Source of the DNA: Bacillota bacterium
GTDB taxonomy: Bacteria; Bacillota; Dethiobacteria; DTU022
Length of the DNA stretch: 61,118 nucleotides
Direction: 5' to 3'
Assembly: GCA_018400435.1 (NCBI GenBank)
Contig: JAGYMW010000001.1
Span: forward strand, 1 to 61,118
Shown here: positions 1 to 9,207 of the stretch, piece by piece
Layout: the number at the start of each line of letters is the position of its first letter
Numbering within the stretch: position 1 is the stretch's first letter
Notes under the pieces: model-generated
The model's input: only the letters and a program-made list of their open reading frames with translations
What the model was told of the DNA's origin: nothing
The model's database searches: none
Position numbers and translations under genes: made by a program

Positions 1-701
1 GCGAACGATTTTATCTGCGCAGCAGGGTTAAGGTATGTCTTATTGAACAGGCGGAAACAATGACTGGTGAGGCATCTTCTTCTCTGCTTAAAATACTGGA
101 AGATCCACCGCCAGGCCTGCATTTTATTTTACTGGCTGAAAAACCGCGATTGCTTTACGATACGATTCTTTCCAGGTGCCAGAGGTATACGCTGCAGCCT
201 CTGGAGTTTCAGGATCTTACCGATATTTTGGTTTCCAGGCATAATATATCTCACGAAACCGCTGCTGTTCTAGCCCGGATTAGCAAAGGGCTACCCGGTT
301 ATGCTGCTGAGCTGGCCGAAAACTGTGCAGCATCCGAAAGGATTGAGGAAGCGAGGACACTGGCGATTAACCTGGTTTCCGGAAAGGATAGTGCCCGGCA
401 GCTCCTGGCCTGGGCTTCATCTCTGGCTGAAAGAGAAGATCTGCTTACCTTTCTGGAACTGTTTTGTTTGATATTCCGCAGTTGTCTGCAGGAGAAACTT
501 GGCCGAAATGATGATCTTTTTTCCGAGCAGGGAAGAATCATTGCCGGCACGGATGATGTTACTCCACAATGCATCGAGGATATTATTATTCTGGTTAATG
601 ACGTAGCCAACCAGATTAAAACTACCAATGTCAATCGTCGTTTACTGCTGGAAAAGATGCTTATTTTGACCCAAAGGAGGTTGCAAGGGTGCCAAAAGTA
701 G
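1..701 (+). CDS. holB: DNA polymerase III delta-prime subunit, 5'-partial (frame open from nt 3 at the window edge)
   Basis: Translation from nt 3 gives ..KVCLIEQAETMTGEASSSLLKILEDPPPGLHFILL..LSRCQ, the clamp-loader LLKxLEEPP and SRC motifs. The ORF track starts only at internal Met 60. Confidence 0.85.
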   Translation, partial: ERFYLRSRVKVCLIEQAETMTGEASSSLLKILEDPPPGLHFILLAEKPRLLYDTILSRCQRYTLQPLEFQDLTDILVSRHNISHETAAVLARISKGLPGYAAELAENCAASERIEEARTLAINLVSGKDSARQLLAWASSLAEREDLLTFLELFCLIFRSCLQEKLGRNDDLFSEQGRIIAGTDDVTPQCIEDIIILVNDVANQIKTTNVNRRLLLEKMLILTQRRLQGCQK

Positions 702-1489
702 TGGGAATAAGATTCAAACAAGCCGGCAAGATTTACTATTTCGAGCCCGGCTCAAATAAACTGGCTGCAGGGGATAAAGTTATTGTAGAAACAGCCCGGG
801 GGCAGGAAATGGGAGAAGTGGTCTTACCTGAAAAAGAGATCCCGGAGGAAGAACTGGTTTTGCCCCTGAAAAAAGTGTTACGCCCTGTTACTGAAGCTGA
901 TTGCCGACAGACTGAGGAAAACAGAGAGAAGGAAGGGGCCGCTTTTAAAAAATGCCAGCAGAAAATCAAGGAACATGGCCTTGATATGAAGCTGGTTGAA
1001 GTGGATTACACCTTTGATCGCAACAAAATAATATTCTATTTTACTTCAGATGAGCGAGTTGACTTCAGAGAACTGGTAAAAGATCTGGCAGCCATATTTA
1101 AAACCCGTATTGAACTGCGTCAGATCGGGGTTCGAGATGAAGCAAAAATGAAAGGAGGCATCGGACCCTGCGGTCGGCCATTTTGCTGCAGCACATTTTT
1201 GGAAGAATTTGAACCGGTTTCTATCCGGATGGCCAAGGGACAGAATCTTTCGCTTAATCCGACCAAGATATCCGGCGTTTGCGGCAGATTGATGTGCTGT
1301 CTGCGTTATGAAGCCAGTGCCTACGAAAACGCCCGGGAAGAAATGCCCAAATCGGGTGAGACGGTAGTGACACCGGACGGAGAAGGAACAGTCAAAGACG
1401 TTAACTGCAGTAAAAAAACCGTCCTGGTCAAATTGCAGGAATCCGGTCATACAAGAGAGTTTCCTCTGGAAGAAGTGGATATGCAGTAA
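689..1489 (+). CDS. yaaT: PSP1-domain protein YaaT/RicT (stage 0 sporulation protein)
   Basis: MPKVVGIRFKQAGKIYYF.. and the Cys-rich GPCGRPFCCSTFL..CGRLMCCLRYE are typical of YaaT. GTG start lies 7 nt after AAAGGAGG and overlaps the holB end. Confidence 0.9.
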   Translation: MPKVVGIRFKQAGKIYYFEPGSNKLAAGDKVIVETARGQEMGEVVLPEKEIPEEELVLPLKKVLRPVTEADCRQTEENREKEGAAFKKCQQKIKEHGLDMKLVEVDYTFDRNKIIFYFTSDERVDFRELVKDLAAIFKTRIELRQIGVRDEAKMKGGIGPCGRPFCCSTFLEEFEPVSIRMAKGQNLSLNPTKISGVCGRLMCCLRYEASAYENAREEMPKSGETVVTPDGEGTVKDVNCSKKTVLVKLQESGHTREFPLEEVDMQ

Positions 1490-1517
1490 TAATAGGTTGG
1501 GAAAAGATATGCTGTAA

Positions 1518-1550
1518 CAGCGGGGGTACGGCTAAGCAGTGCCCCCGCTG
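1518..1550. terminator. 9-bp GC-rich hairpin between convergent yaaT and abrB
   Basis: CAGCGGGGG..15 nt..CCCCCGCTG. There is no clean U-tract on either side. Confidence 0.5.
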
Positions 1551-1558
1551 AAAAGCTG

Positions 1559-1816
1559 TTACGCCTCTGACATCTTTGACAATTTTTCAATACATTCCCG
1601 GCAAACAATTCTGTTTCCGAAATGAACTACATCATCGGCATTGCCGCAAAACAGGCAGGCGGGTTCGTACTTCTTGAGGATTATTTTTTCCGCATCAACG
1701 TATATTTCGAGAGCATCTTTAACTTCAATCCCCAGGGTCCGCCTGAGTTCAATGGGAATAACCACACGACCCAGTTCGTCTACTTTTCTGACAATTCCTG
1801 TTGATTTCACAGGCAT
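1559..1816 (-). CDS. abrB: AbrB-family transition-state regulator with a CxxC..CxxC C-terminal tail
   Basis: MPVKSTGIVRKVDELGRVVIPIELRRTLGI..ILKKYEP is near-identical to the Bacillus AbrB N-domain. GGAGGA sits just upstream of ATG 1816. The track's 5' extension to 1876 is rejected. Confidence 0.9.
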   Translation of the reverse strand: MPVKSTGIVRKVDELGRVVIPIELRRTLGIEVKDALEIYVDAEKIILKKYEPACLFCGNADDVVHFGNRIVCRECIEKLSKMSEA

Positions 1817-1955
1817 TTCCTCCTTTTCTTCATTATGGAGTAAGGCTAGTTCGAACATTATACCAGTAATTGACATGGTAAGTCAATAGTTTTTTTCCCT
1901 ATATACTCAAGTTTACAAGAATATTACATGAAACTGTTACCATACTGTGCTATTC

Positions 1956-1983
1956 TTGACAGTGATCAAAGCTTTGATATGAT
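1956..1983 (+). promoter_or_regulatory. Candidate sigma-A promoter for metG
   Basis: TTGACA-16 nt-TATGAT, about 40 nt upstream of the TTG start. Confidence 0.4.
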
Positions 1984-2024
1984 ATAATAACGACATATTT
2001 TCAAAATGACGAGGAGGCCTGACG

Positions 2025-3974
2025 TTGGCAGGTAAAGAAACATTTTATATCACGACCCCCATTTATTATCCCAGTAACAAGCTGCATGTTGGCAATTCGT
2101 ATACAACAGTGGCTGCCGATGCAATGGCCCGCTTTAAAAGGCTGACCGGGTACAATGTTTGGTTTTTGACCGGAACAGATGAGCACGGCCAGAAAATTCA
2201 GCGGCAGGCAGAAGCAGTTGGTAAAACTCCATGTGATTTTGTCGACGAAATTGTGGCCTGGATTAAAGACCTGTGGCAGGAGCTGGATATCAATTACGAT
2301 GATTTTATCAGGACTACCGAGGAGCGCCATAAAGAAAAAGTAGCCCGCATCTTCACCCATTTTTATGAACAGGGTGATATTTACAAGGGTAAGTATGAAG
2401 GATGGTACTGCACCCCATGTGAAGCCTACTGGACCGAGCGCCAGCTGGTTGATGGTAAGTGTCCTGACTGCGGGCGGGAAGTAGAGCTAATTGCAGAAGA
2501 AGCCTATTTCTTTCGGATGTCCCGCTATAGCGATCGGCTTCTCGACTATATCGAGAATAACCCGGACTTCATTCAGCCCCCTTCGCGAAAAAACGAGATG
2601 ATCAACAATTTCCTCAAGCCTGGACTTGAGGATCTCTGTGTATCTCGGACATCTTTTGACTGGGGCATAAAGGTGCCTTTTGACCGGGATCACGTAATCT
2701 ATGTCTGGCTCGATGCCCTCAGCAATTACATTACCGCTCTTGGCTACGGTGAAGAGGGCAGTATTTTTAATACTTATTGGCCCGCCGATGTTCAACTGAT
2801 CGGTAAGGACATTCTCCGATTCCATACCATTTACTGGCCTATATTTTTGATGGCTCTTGATTTGCCCTTGCCGAAAACAGTGTTCGGACATGGCTGGTTG
2901 ATGCTTCAGGAAGGGAAAATGTCTAAATCAAAGGGCAATGCAGTGGATCCCATGATGCTTGTCAACCGATACAGCTCTGATGCCCTGCGTTATTTCCTGT
3001 TGCGGGAGATCCCCTTTGGACAGGACGGGGTATTTAGCCTGGAATCCTTTTTGACCCGTATTAATACGGATTTGGCTAATGATCTGGGGAACCTGGTCAG
3101 CAGGACCCTGACCATGGCTGAACGCTACTTCGACGGCGTGCTGCCGCAGCCGGCACAGGATTCGGAAAAAAGTGATATGGAGCTGCGGAACATAGCTCTT
3201 GAGACGCCCGCGGTTATTGACTCTCTGATGAATGAACTGAGGATCAGTGACGCCCTGACTGAATTGTGGAAACTGGTGCGTCGCAGCAACAAGTATATCG
3301 ACGAGAATACCCCCTGGGAACTGGCCAAAGATCCGGGTAGAAAAGAGCGCCTGGGCACGGTTATTTATAATCTGATCGAAAGTATTCGTTTTATTGCTGT
3401 TATGCTCTGTCCTTACATGCCGCGCACACCGGAGCGAATCTGGGAACAGATTGGCCTGACGGACCATAAATCGTTGCAAAACTGGGATAGTTTGCAAAAC
3501 TGGGGCGGCATAGAGCCGAATACTGTTGTCGCCCGGGGTGAAGATCTCTTTCCGCGGTTGAACCTGCAGGCTGAAATTCGTGAAGTGCAGGGAATCCCTC
3601 CTGTTTCTGGGCAGATCGCTTCGAACGCTGCTGAAGAAAATGAAGGATTAATTAATTTGGAGCAGTTCCAGCTCGTGGATCTAAGAGTGGCCGGCATTTT
3701 GTCTGCGGAAAAAATTGCCAAGTCCGATAAGCTGCTGAAAGTGGAACTGGATACAGGCGGTGGTGAACGACGCCAGGTGGTAGCCGGAATTGCCGAGCAT
3801 TATCGACCTGAAGAACTGATTGGCAAAAGGGCACTTTTTGTAGCCAATCTTAAACCGGTTAAGCTGCGCGGTGTCCTTTCCCAGGGGATGCTGCTTGCGG
3901 CTACCGGTGAAGATGGGAAACTGGCTTTGACCACGGTTGATCGGGATATTTCTCCGGGAAGCAGGATAAGTTAA
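2025..3974 (+). CDS. metG: Methionyl-tRNA synthetase with C-terminal tRNA-binding (EMAP/Trbp111-like) domain
   Basis: YITTPIYYPSNKLHVGN (HIGH-type motif), KMSKSKGN (KMSKS), and a CPDCG zinc knuckle. TTG start follows GAGGAGG. Confidence 0.95.
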   Translation: MAGKETFYITTPIYYPSNKLHVGNSYTTVAADAMARFKRLTGYNVWFLTGTDEHGQKIQRQAEAVGKTPCDFVDEIVAWIKDLWQELDINYDDFIRTTEERHKEKVARIFTHFYEQGDIYKGKYEGWYCTPCEAYWTERQLVDGKCPDCGREVELIAEEAYFFRMSRYSDRLLDYIENNPDFIQPPSRKNEMINNFLKPGLEDLCVSRTSFDWGIKVPFDRDHVIYVWLDALSNYITALGYGEEGSIFNTYWPADVQLIGKDILRFHTIYWPIFLMALDLPLPKTVFGHGWLMLQEGKMSKSKGNAVDPMMLVNRYSSDALRYFLLREIPFGQDGVFSLESFLTRINTDLANDLGNLVSRTLTMAERYFDGVLPQPAQDSEKSDMELRNIALETPAVIDSLMNELRISDALTELWKLVRRSNKYIDENTPWELAKDPGRKERLGTVIYNLIESIRFIAVMLCPYMPRTPERIWEQIGLTDHKSLQNWDSLQNWGGIEPNTVVARGEDLFPRLNLQAEIREVQGIPPVSGQIASNAAEENEGLINLEQFQLVDLRVAGILSAEKIAKSDKLLKVELDTGGGERRQVVAGIAEHYRPEELIGKRALFVANLKPVKLRGVLSQGMLLAATGEDGKLALTTVDRDISPGSRIS

Positions 3975-3975
3975 T

Positions 3976-4764
3976 TTGATGTTATTAATAGACACTCACG
4001 CCCACCTCGATTTTCCTCATTTTGCAGAGGATTTTGCTTCTGTTCTAAAAAGAGCGCAGGAGGCCGGTGTGGAAGCCATAGTCGATGTGGGAACTGATGA
4101 ACAAAGTTCCAGGCGGGCGGTTGAGCTCAGCAGGCAGTACCCCATGATCAGCGCTTCTGTTGGTATTCACCCGCATAGTGCAGCGTCGGCATCTCAGAAA
4201 TGGCTTGCCACGTTGGAAGAACTGGCAGAATTGGATACGGTGCTGGCCATAGGGGAAGCCGGCCTCGATTATTATCGTAATCTATCACCGCGTGATAAAC
4301 AGGAAGAATTATTTAGAGCTCAGATACACCTGGCCTGCCGGGTTGATAAGCCGATTATCATTCACAGTCGGGAAGCCCATACCCGGACTTTGCAGATACT
4401 GAGGGAAGAAAAACTTCCCTCAAAGGTGGGGGTTATGCATTGTTTTTCCGGAGAGCAAAAGATGCTCGAAGCTTTTCTGGATCTGGGTTTTTACATTTCC
4501 CTGGCCGGGCCTCTGACTTATCCGCGCTCTCATACTTTGCGTTCACTGTTAAAGTATATCCCCGGCAATCGCCTGCTTTTGGAAACAGATTCACCTTATC
4601 TTCCGCCGCAGGCCTTCCGGGGCAAACGCAACGAGCCGTCGTTCATTAAGTTAACTTACGAACGGGCAGCCATGGAACTGGATATGGATCTGGATCAGTT
4701 TGCAAAGCAGGTTTATCTTAATGCGGTGCGTTTCTATTCAGACACTCTGGTAGACCACACGTAA
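3976..4764 (+). CDS. tatD: TatD-family metal-dependent DNase/hydrolase (YabD)
   Basis: LIDTHAHLDF.., GEAGLDY, IHSREA and ETDSPYL motifs. Conserved position after metG. Confidence 0.9.
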   Translation: MMLLIDTHAHLDFPHFAEDFASVLKRAQEAGVEAIVDVGTDEQSSRRAVELSRQYPMISASVGIHPHSAASASQKWLATLEELAELDTVLAIGEAGLDYYRNLSPRDKQEELFRAQIHLACRVDKPIIIHSREAHTRTLQILREEKLPSKVGVMHCFSGEQKMLEAFLDLGFYISLAGPLTYPRSHTLRSLLKYIPGNRLLLETDSPYLPPQAFRGKRNEPSFIKLTYERAAMELDMDLDQFAKQVYLNAVRFYSDTLVDHT

Positions 4765-4988
4765 TATGGGAGCGGCCTAAACCGTCCGGTTGTGAGCAGA
4801 CAAAAGGACACCTCCTCAAACTGGACGTGTCCTCATTATCTATCGGAACAAGTTCAAGTTGCCAAACTCAAGTAATTATCCAGTCTTCATTAACTAAATC
4901 ATGTTCACTCCGGGAAGTGTGTTTTCCTGCTGGTTTTTGACAAAGCTATTTTGCAAAGAAGGCAGTTATCTTTTATCTGTAATTATGG

Positions 4989-5315
4989 TTACCCGAGCAG
5001 GCTTTGCAATTTCATTGCCAGAGACATATCGCCCTTCACCTTTAACTTGCCGGCCATGAAAGCCGAGGTAGCATTGAGTTTACCGTCAAGCATGTTGTTG
5101 AAATCTTCGGCCGTCATTGAAATAGTGATGTTCGGATTGTCGTGGGCTGATTCAACGGTAGTCATTTTTCCGTCTTCCACGACAACGTGAAAAACCCCTC
5201 CTCCATCTCCGGAAAGATCGAACTGATAAACGGCATTAATTCCTTTTAATTTGCCTGGATCGGCAGATTCAGCCACACTTTCAAATTTTTTCAGGGTATC
5301 CTTCAAATCCGCCAT
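4989..5315 (-). CDS. SCP2 (sterol-carrier-protein-2-like) domain protein
   Basis: ..INAVYQFDLSGDGGGVFHVVVEDGK..MTAEDFNNMLDGKLNATSAFMAGKLKVKGDMSLAMKL is the classic SCP2 C-terminal signature. Confidence 0.8.
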   Translation of the reverse strand: MADLKDTLKKFESVAESADPGKLKGINAVYQFDLSGDGGGVFHVVVEDGKMTTVESAHDNPNITISMTAEDFNNMLDGKLNATSAFMAGKLKVKGDMSLAMKLQSLLG

Positions 5316-5417
5316 TTCAAAAGCCTCCTTTTAATAGTTTCTTTTATGAAAAATTCTAAAGAGGTTAAGGAATACTGCGGCCCTCCTTTCAGAAAAAGAA
5401 TTGCTTAAACAGGTGAA

Positions 5418-5445
5418 TTGTTACTATTGTAAAATATATTATAAT
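5418..5445 (+). promoter_or_regulatory. Candidate sigma-A promoter for ksgA
   Basis: TTGTTA-16 nt-TATAAT. It implies a roughly 165-nt leader. Confidence 0.5.
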
Positions 5446-5616
5446 GCATAACTCTTTGTTTGTCATTATATTTTTGTAATAAACTTGTCTTGATGAAATA
5501 TTGTGAACAAGGAAAAGGTGTTCAGCGGATCAAGAATGGTAAACCCTGCAATTGACTGGGAACACGGTGCAAAGGTAAAATGGATTACCACTATTTTAAG
5601 CAAAGGGTGCTCGATT

Positions 5617-6498
5617 ATGGCCGAAAGTCCGGATGTTACTTCACCGCGGGTTCTCAATGCTCTTCTGCAAGAATACGGTTTGCAGCCCCGCAGGCGGTTT
5701 GGCCAAAACTTCTTGATTGACGGCAATATAGCGCAAAAAATTGTCGGAGCAGCAGAAATAAAAAAGAACGAAGCTGTAATCGAAGTCGGACCCGGGGCAG
5801 GAGCGCTTACCATTAGACTGGCCCGTGCCGGAGTGCCTGTACTGGTCCTGGAGATAGATCGTGGATTGCTCCTGTTGATTAATAATCTGCTTCAACCCTG
5901 GCCCCATGTCCAGGTCAGCGAGGGGGATGCCCTCCGTGTTGATTGGAGAAAATTAATTGATGGTTTCGCTCCGGATCGGACAATCAAACTAATATCTAAT
6001 CTTCCCTATAATATTTCCGGTCCTTTCATGTACTCGCTTTTTGAATGTGGCTTTCCTTTTGCCGGGGCGGTGCTTATGTTTCAGAAAGAAGTTGCCGGTC
6101 GGTTGGTGGCTAAACCCGGTGATAGAGATTATGGCAGCCTTTCGCTCCTCTGTGCTTACTACACCGAAGCACGGATCCTCTTTGGCGTTTCAAAAAATGT
6201 TTTTTGGCCCCGTCCAAAAATAGACTCCGCTATTCTCAGGCTTACACCCCGGAGACGCATCCTGGAACCTGAGGAAGAGCCGATTTTGTGGGAACTGGTC
6301 AAGACAGTATTTAGGCAGCGCCGTAAAACTATGCTGAACGGCATATCTACTCTTTTTCCCGGAAGGCGGCGGGACTTTGTAATAGAGATATTACTGTCAG
6401 CCGGCATAGATCCCGGTATTCGACCCGAAGAGCTGGATGCTGGAGAATTTGCATTGCTGACTCGAATAATTTATAATAACCGTAGCAAATTAAGCTGA
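5617..6498 (+). CDS. rsmA: 16S rRNA (adenine1518/1519-N6)-dimethyltransferase
   Basis: ..LQPRRRFGQNFL.. and VIEVGPGAGALT (SAM motif). Start moved to ATG 5617; the upstream extension from 5503 has no family similarity. Confidence 0.9.
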   Translation: MAESPDVTSPRVLNALLQEYGLQPRRRFGQNFLIDGNIAQKIVGAAEIKKNEAVIEVGPGAGALTIRLARAGVPVLVLEIDRGLLLLINNLLQPWPHVQVSEGDALRVDWRKLIDGFAPDRTIKLISNLPYNISGPFMYSLFECGFPFAGAVLMFQKEVAGRLVAKPGDRDYGSLSLLCAYYTEARILFGVSKNVFWPRPKIDSAILRLTPRRRILEPEEEPILWELVKTVFRQRRKTMLNGISTLFPGRRRDFVIEILLSAGIDPGIRPEELDAGEFALLTRIIYNNRSKLS

Positions 6499-6513
6499 AA
6501 GGTCGCTGGCCTG

Positions 6514-6990
6514 ATGTGGTTTACCAGCCCATCCAAAGGGCGGATGTCTTTTAAAGATGTTTTTGAAGAGTTGGCCCAATATACAAATGAATTTCCTGAT
6601 GAATCATATAAACTGATTATCGGAACCGACTCGCAATCTTTTTTAAACGATTGTGTGATATTTGTTACTGCGGTTGTCGTCCACCGTGTGGGAAAAGGGG
6701 GACGTTTTTTTTATCACAAGCAGAAAACCCGCTACATGGAAAGCCTTCGCCAGCGTATTTATTATGAAACATTTCTCAGCCTGGAAGTTGCCGCCATGGT
6801 AACAGAAAAATTGGCTGAGAACAACGATCTGCAGCTTAACGTAGAAATTCATCTGGATGTTGGTGAAAAAGGTGAAACCAGGGATATTATTAAAGAAGTA
6901 GTCGGGATGGTTATAGGGAGCGGCTATCGAGCATGCATAAAGCCGGATTCTTACGGGGCGACAACGGTAGCCGATCGTTTTACCAAGTAA
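6514..6990 (+). CDS. YkuK/DUF458-like (RNase H-fold) protein
   Basis: Size and ..YKLIIGTDSQ..VIFVTAVVVHRVGKGGRFFY.. resemble the YkuK family as I remember it. Start could be ATG 6544. Confidence 0.6.
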   Translation: MWFTSPSKGRMSFKDVFEELAQYTNEFPDESYKLIIGTDSQSFLNDCVIFVTAVVVHRVGKGGRFFYHKQKTRYMESLRQRIYYETFLSLEVAAMVTEKLAENNDLQLNVEIHLDVGEKGETRDIIKEVVGMVIGSGYRACIKPDSYGATTVADRFTK

Positions 6991-7080
6991 GAGGATCTCT
7001 GGCCAGTCAGGGTGATTTTCAAGTCTCTGTTGATTATTTTGCTTCTCTTCTTCTAATAACGCCACGATGCTTGTTCTTTC

Positions 7081-7110
7081 TTGACATATTGTCACATATT
7101 ATGTTATTAT
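7081..7110 (+). promoter_or_regulatory. veg promoter (strong sigma-A type with extended -10)
   Basis: TTGACA-18 nt-TATTAT, with TG at 7102-7103 (TGtTATTAT). Confidence 0.6.
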
Positions 7111-7141
7111 TAAACGTATAATACTTATAAGGTGGTTTTAA

Positions 7142-7408
7142 ATGGTGGGCAAAGATGTGCTATTTGAAATCCGTAAAAAGATTGAATCACACCTCGGTGA
7201 AAAAATAAAATTACGGGCCAACAGAGGTCGGCGTAAAACATTTGAGAAGGAAGGGGTTCTTGAGAGTACCTATCCTTCAATTTTTATCATCAGGGTCGAT
7301 GAAAACAATTATTACCAGCGGCTTTCGTTCAGTTATGCCGATGTCCTAACGGAAACGGTCGAACTGAGCTTTAACGAGGGCAAGTTGCGCCGTACCGTCG
7401 GTCTGTAA
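7142..7408 (+). CDS. veg: Veg protein
   Basis: ..IRKKIESHLGEKIKLRANRGRRK..EGVLESTYPSIFIIRVD..RLSFSYADVLTETVEL matches Veg. Confidence 0.9.
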   Translation: MVGKDVLFEIRKKIESHLGEKIKLRANRGRRKTFEKEGVLESTYPSIFIIRVDENNYYQRLSFSYADVLTETVELSFNEGKLRRTVGL

Positions 7409-7497
7409 GTTTATCATGAAACGAGGCCCGGAGAAAAAGTCCTGTTCCGGTCGGAAATCAGATGAGATAACAGGAAACAACTTTTAAGTAGGGAATT

Positions 7498-7528
7498 AAA
7501 AACCGGATCACGTTGATTCCGGTTTTTT
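7498..7528 (+). terminator. Intrinsic terminator after veg
   Basis: AAAACCGGATCA-CGT-TGATTCCGGTTTTTT. Confidence 0.8.
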
Positions 7529-7632
7529 ACTTTTCTTTATTCTGCCGTTGTTTTGATCCACGGCAGGATTAGCAGGTCTTTTGTAGAATAGCCAATGCAA
7601 ACTTCATTGATGATCCGAGGGGAGGTGTGAAT

Positions 7633-8148
7633 TTGAAAGCACTGCTGGTTGTCGATATGCTGGTTGATTTCATTGATCCGGAGGGAGCGCTCTATATCGG
7701 ATCGTCGGGGGAAGATCTTGTCCCCGCAGTAAGGGCCAAGCTTGATCAATTCCGCTCAGCAGGGCAGCCGATCATCTTTATCTGTGATCACCACCTTGAA
7801 GATGACAGCGAATTTGCTATGTTCCCCCCTCACTCGCTCAGCGGCTCAAAGGGTGCCGAGATAATTCCCGGCCTGGCCTTGGTGGCCGGGGAGAGGGTGA
7901 TTTATAAAAGGCGCTATAGTGCCTTTTTTGGGACCGATCTCGATCTAACCCTCAGGGAGAAAGAGATCAGTGATATTGAACTGGTTGGCTGCGTAACCAA
8001 TATATGTATCCTATACACGGCTGCCCATGCTCGTATGCTCGGTTACAATGTTACCGTACCTGTTGCTGCAGTAGCCGGCTTTGACCCTGAGGCACATCGT
8101 TTTGCCCTGCAGGAGATGGAAAAAACACTGGGGGTTACCCTGGTTTAA
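7633..8148 (+). CDS. pncA: Isochorismatase-family cysteine hydrolase, probable nicotinamidase
   Basis: LLVVDMLVDF (Asp), YKRRYSAF (Lys) and VGCVTNICI (Cys) form the triad context. Adjacent to pncB. TTG 7633 sits 7 nt after GGAGG; GTG 7627 is too close. Confidence 0.75.
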   Translation: MKALLVVDMLVDFIDPEGALYIGSSGEDLVPAVRAKLDQFRSAGQPIIFICDHHLEDDSEFAMFPPHSLSGSKGAEIIPGLALVAGERVIYKRRYSAFFGTDLDLTLREKEISDIELVGCVTNICILYTAAHARMLGYNVTVPVAAVAGFDPEAHRFALQEMEKTLGVTLV

Positions 8149-8165
8149 AGATCTGGAGGCTGCTG

Positions 8166-9206
8166 ATGAAACAATTGGATTTTGTTAATATGGAAGATAT
8201 TGCTAAAACAGAAGCGCAGGGAGATAAAAGATTTTTTTCGGCCACATTTGACGAAATTGAACGGGGTTTAACTTCCGATGTTTACTTTGTCCGCACAAGG
8301 GACCTGCTTCAATCAATGGGTCTCGCAGAGACTGAAGTAACAGCGGAAATATTTACTTCACGCCCGGGAGTGCTGGCCGGAATTGACGAAACTCTTTACC
8401 TGTTGAGAGGGCGGGATCTGGAGATCTGGTCTCTTCCTGAAGGAACTGAAATGACTGAAAAAGAAGTAGTCATGCGCATCAAAGGCTGTTATGGCGATTT
8501 TGGCATTTATGAAACTCCCCTGCTTGGTATATTGTCCAGTTCCAGCGGGTGGGCAACAGGAGCGCGGGCCTGCAAAGAAGCAGCTGGTGAATGCATGGTT
8601 ATCTGTTATGGAGCCAGACATGTTCATCCCGCCGTGTCATCGGTGATGGAAAGAGCGGCGGTAATTGGAGGTGTCGATGCTTGCAGCTGCATTCTCGGAG
8701 CCATGCTGCTGGGGAAAAGCCCTGTAGGGACTGTTCCCCATGCCGCTTTTTTAATTGTTGGCGATACGGTGGAACTGGCTAAGGCTTATGATCGTTTTGT
8801 CCCCGAGGATTCTCCCCGCATTATCCTGGTTGATACTTTTAAAGATGAGTCGGAAGAAGCGCTGAGAGTGGCTGATGCGCTGGGCAAACAGCTGGAAGGG
8901 ATAAGACTTGATACTCCCGGTGAAAGGGGAGGGGTTACTCCCGCCCTGGTCAAAGAGACACGAATTAGGCTCAATCAGGCCGGTTACGGACATGTTAAAA
9001 TTGTTGTTTCCGGTGGACTGAATCCGGAGCGCATTGTTGCCCTGGCTGATGCCGGAGCTGATATATTTGGGGTGGGAAGTTATATTTCAGGGTCCCCTGC
9101 TATCGACATGACCATGGATCTTAAAGAAGTCCGCGGCAAGGCACTGGCTAAACGGGGACGGATACCAGGTATAATTGAAAATCAACGACTGATTAAAATG
9201 ACTTGA
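8166..9206 (+). CDS. pncB: Nicotinate phosphoribosyltransferase (short, archaeal-like type)
   Basis: Type II PRTase barrel features: ..GARHVHPAV.., GIRLDTPGERGG, SGGLNPERI and FGVGSYISG. Confidence 0.75.
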   Translation: MKQLDFVNMEDIAKTEAQGDKRFFSATFDEIERGLTSDVYFVRTRDLLQSMGLAETEVTAEIFTSRPGVLAGIDETLYLLRGRDLEIWSLPEGTEMTEKEVVMRIKGCYGDFGIYETPLLGILSSSSGWATGARACKEAAGECMVICYGARHVHPAVSSVMERAAVIGGVDACSCILGAMLLGKSPVGTVPHAAFLIVGDTVELAKAYDRFVPEDSPRIILVDTFKDESEEALRVADALGKQLEGIRLDTPGERGGVTPALVKETRIRLNQAGYGHVKIVVSGGLNPERIVALADAGADIFGVGSYISGSPAIDMTMDLKEVRGKALAKRGRIPGIIENQRLIKMT

Positions 9207-9207
9207 A

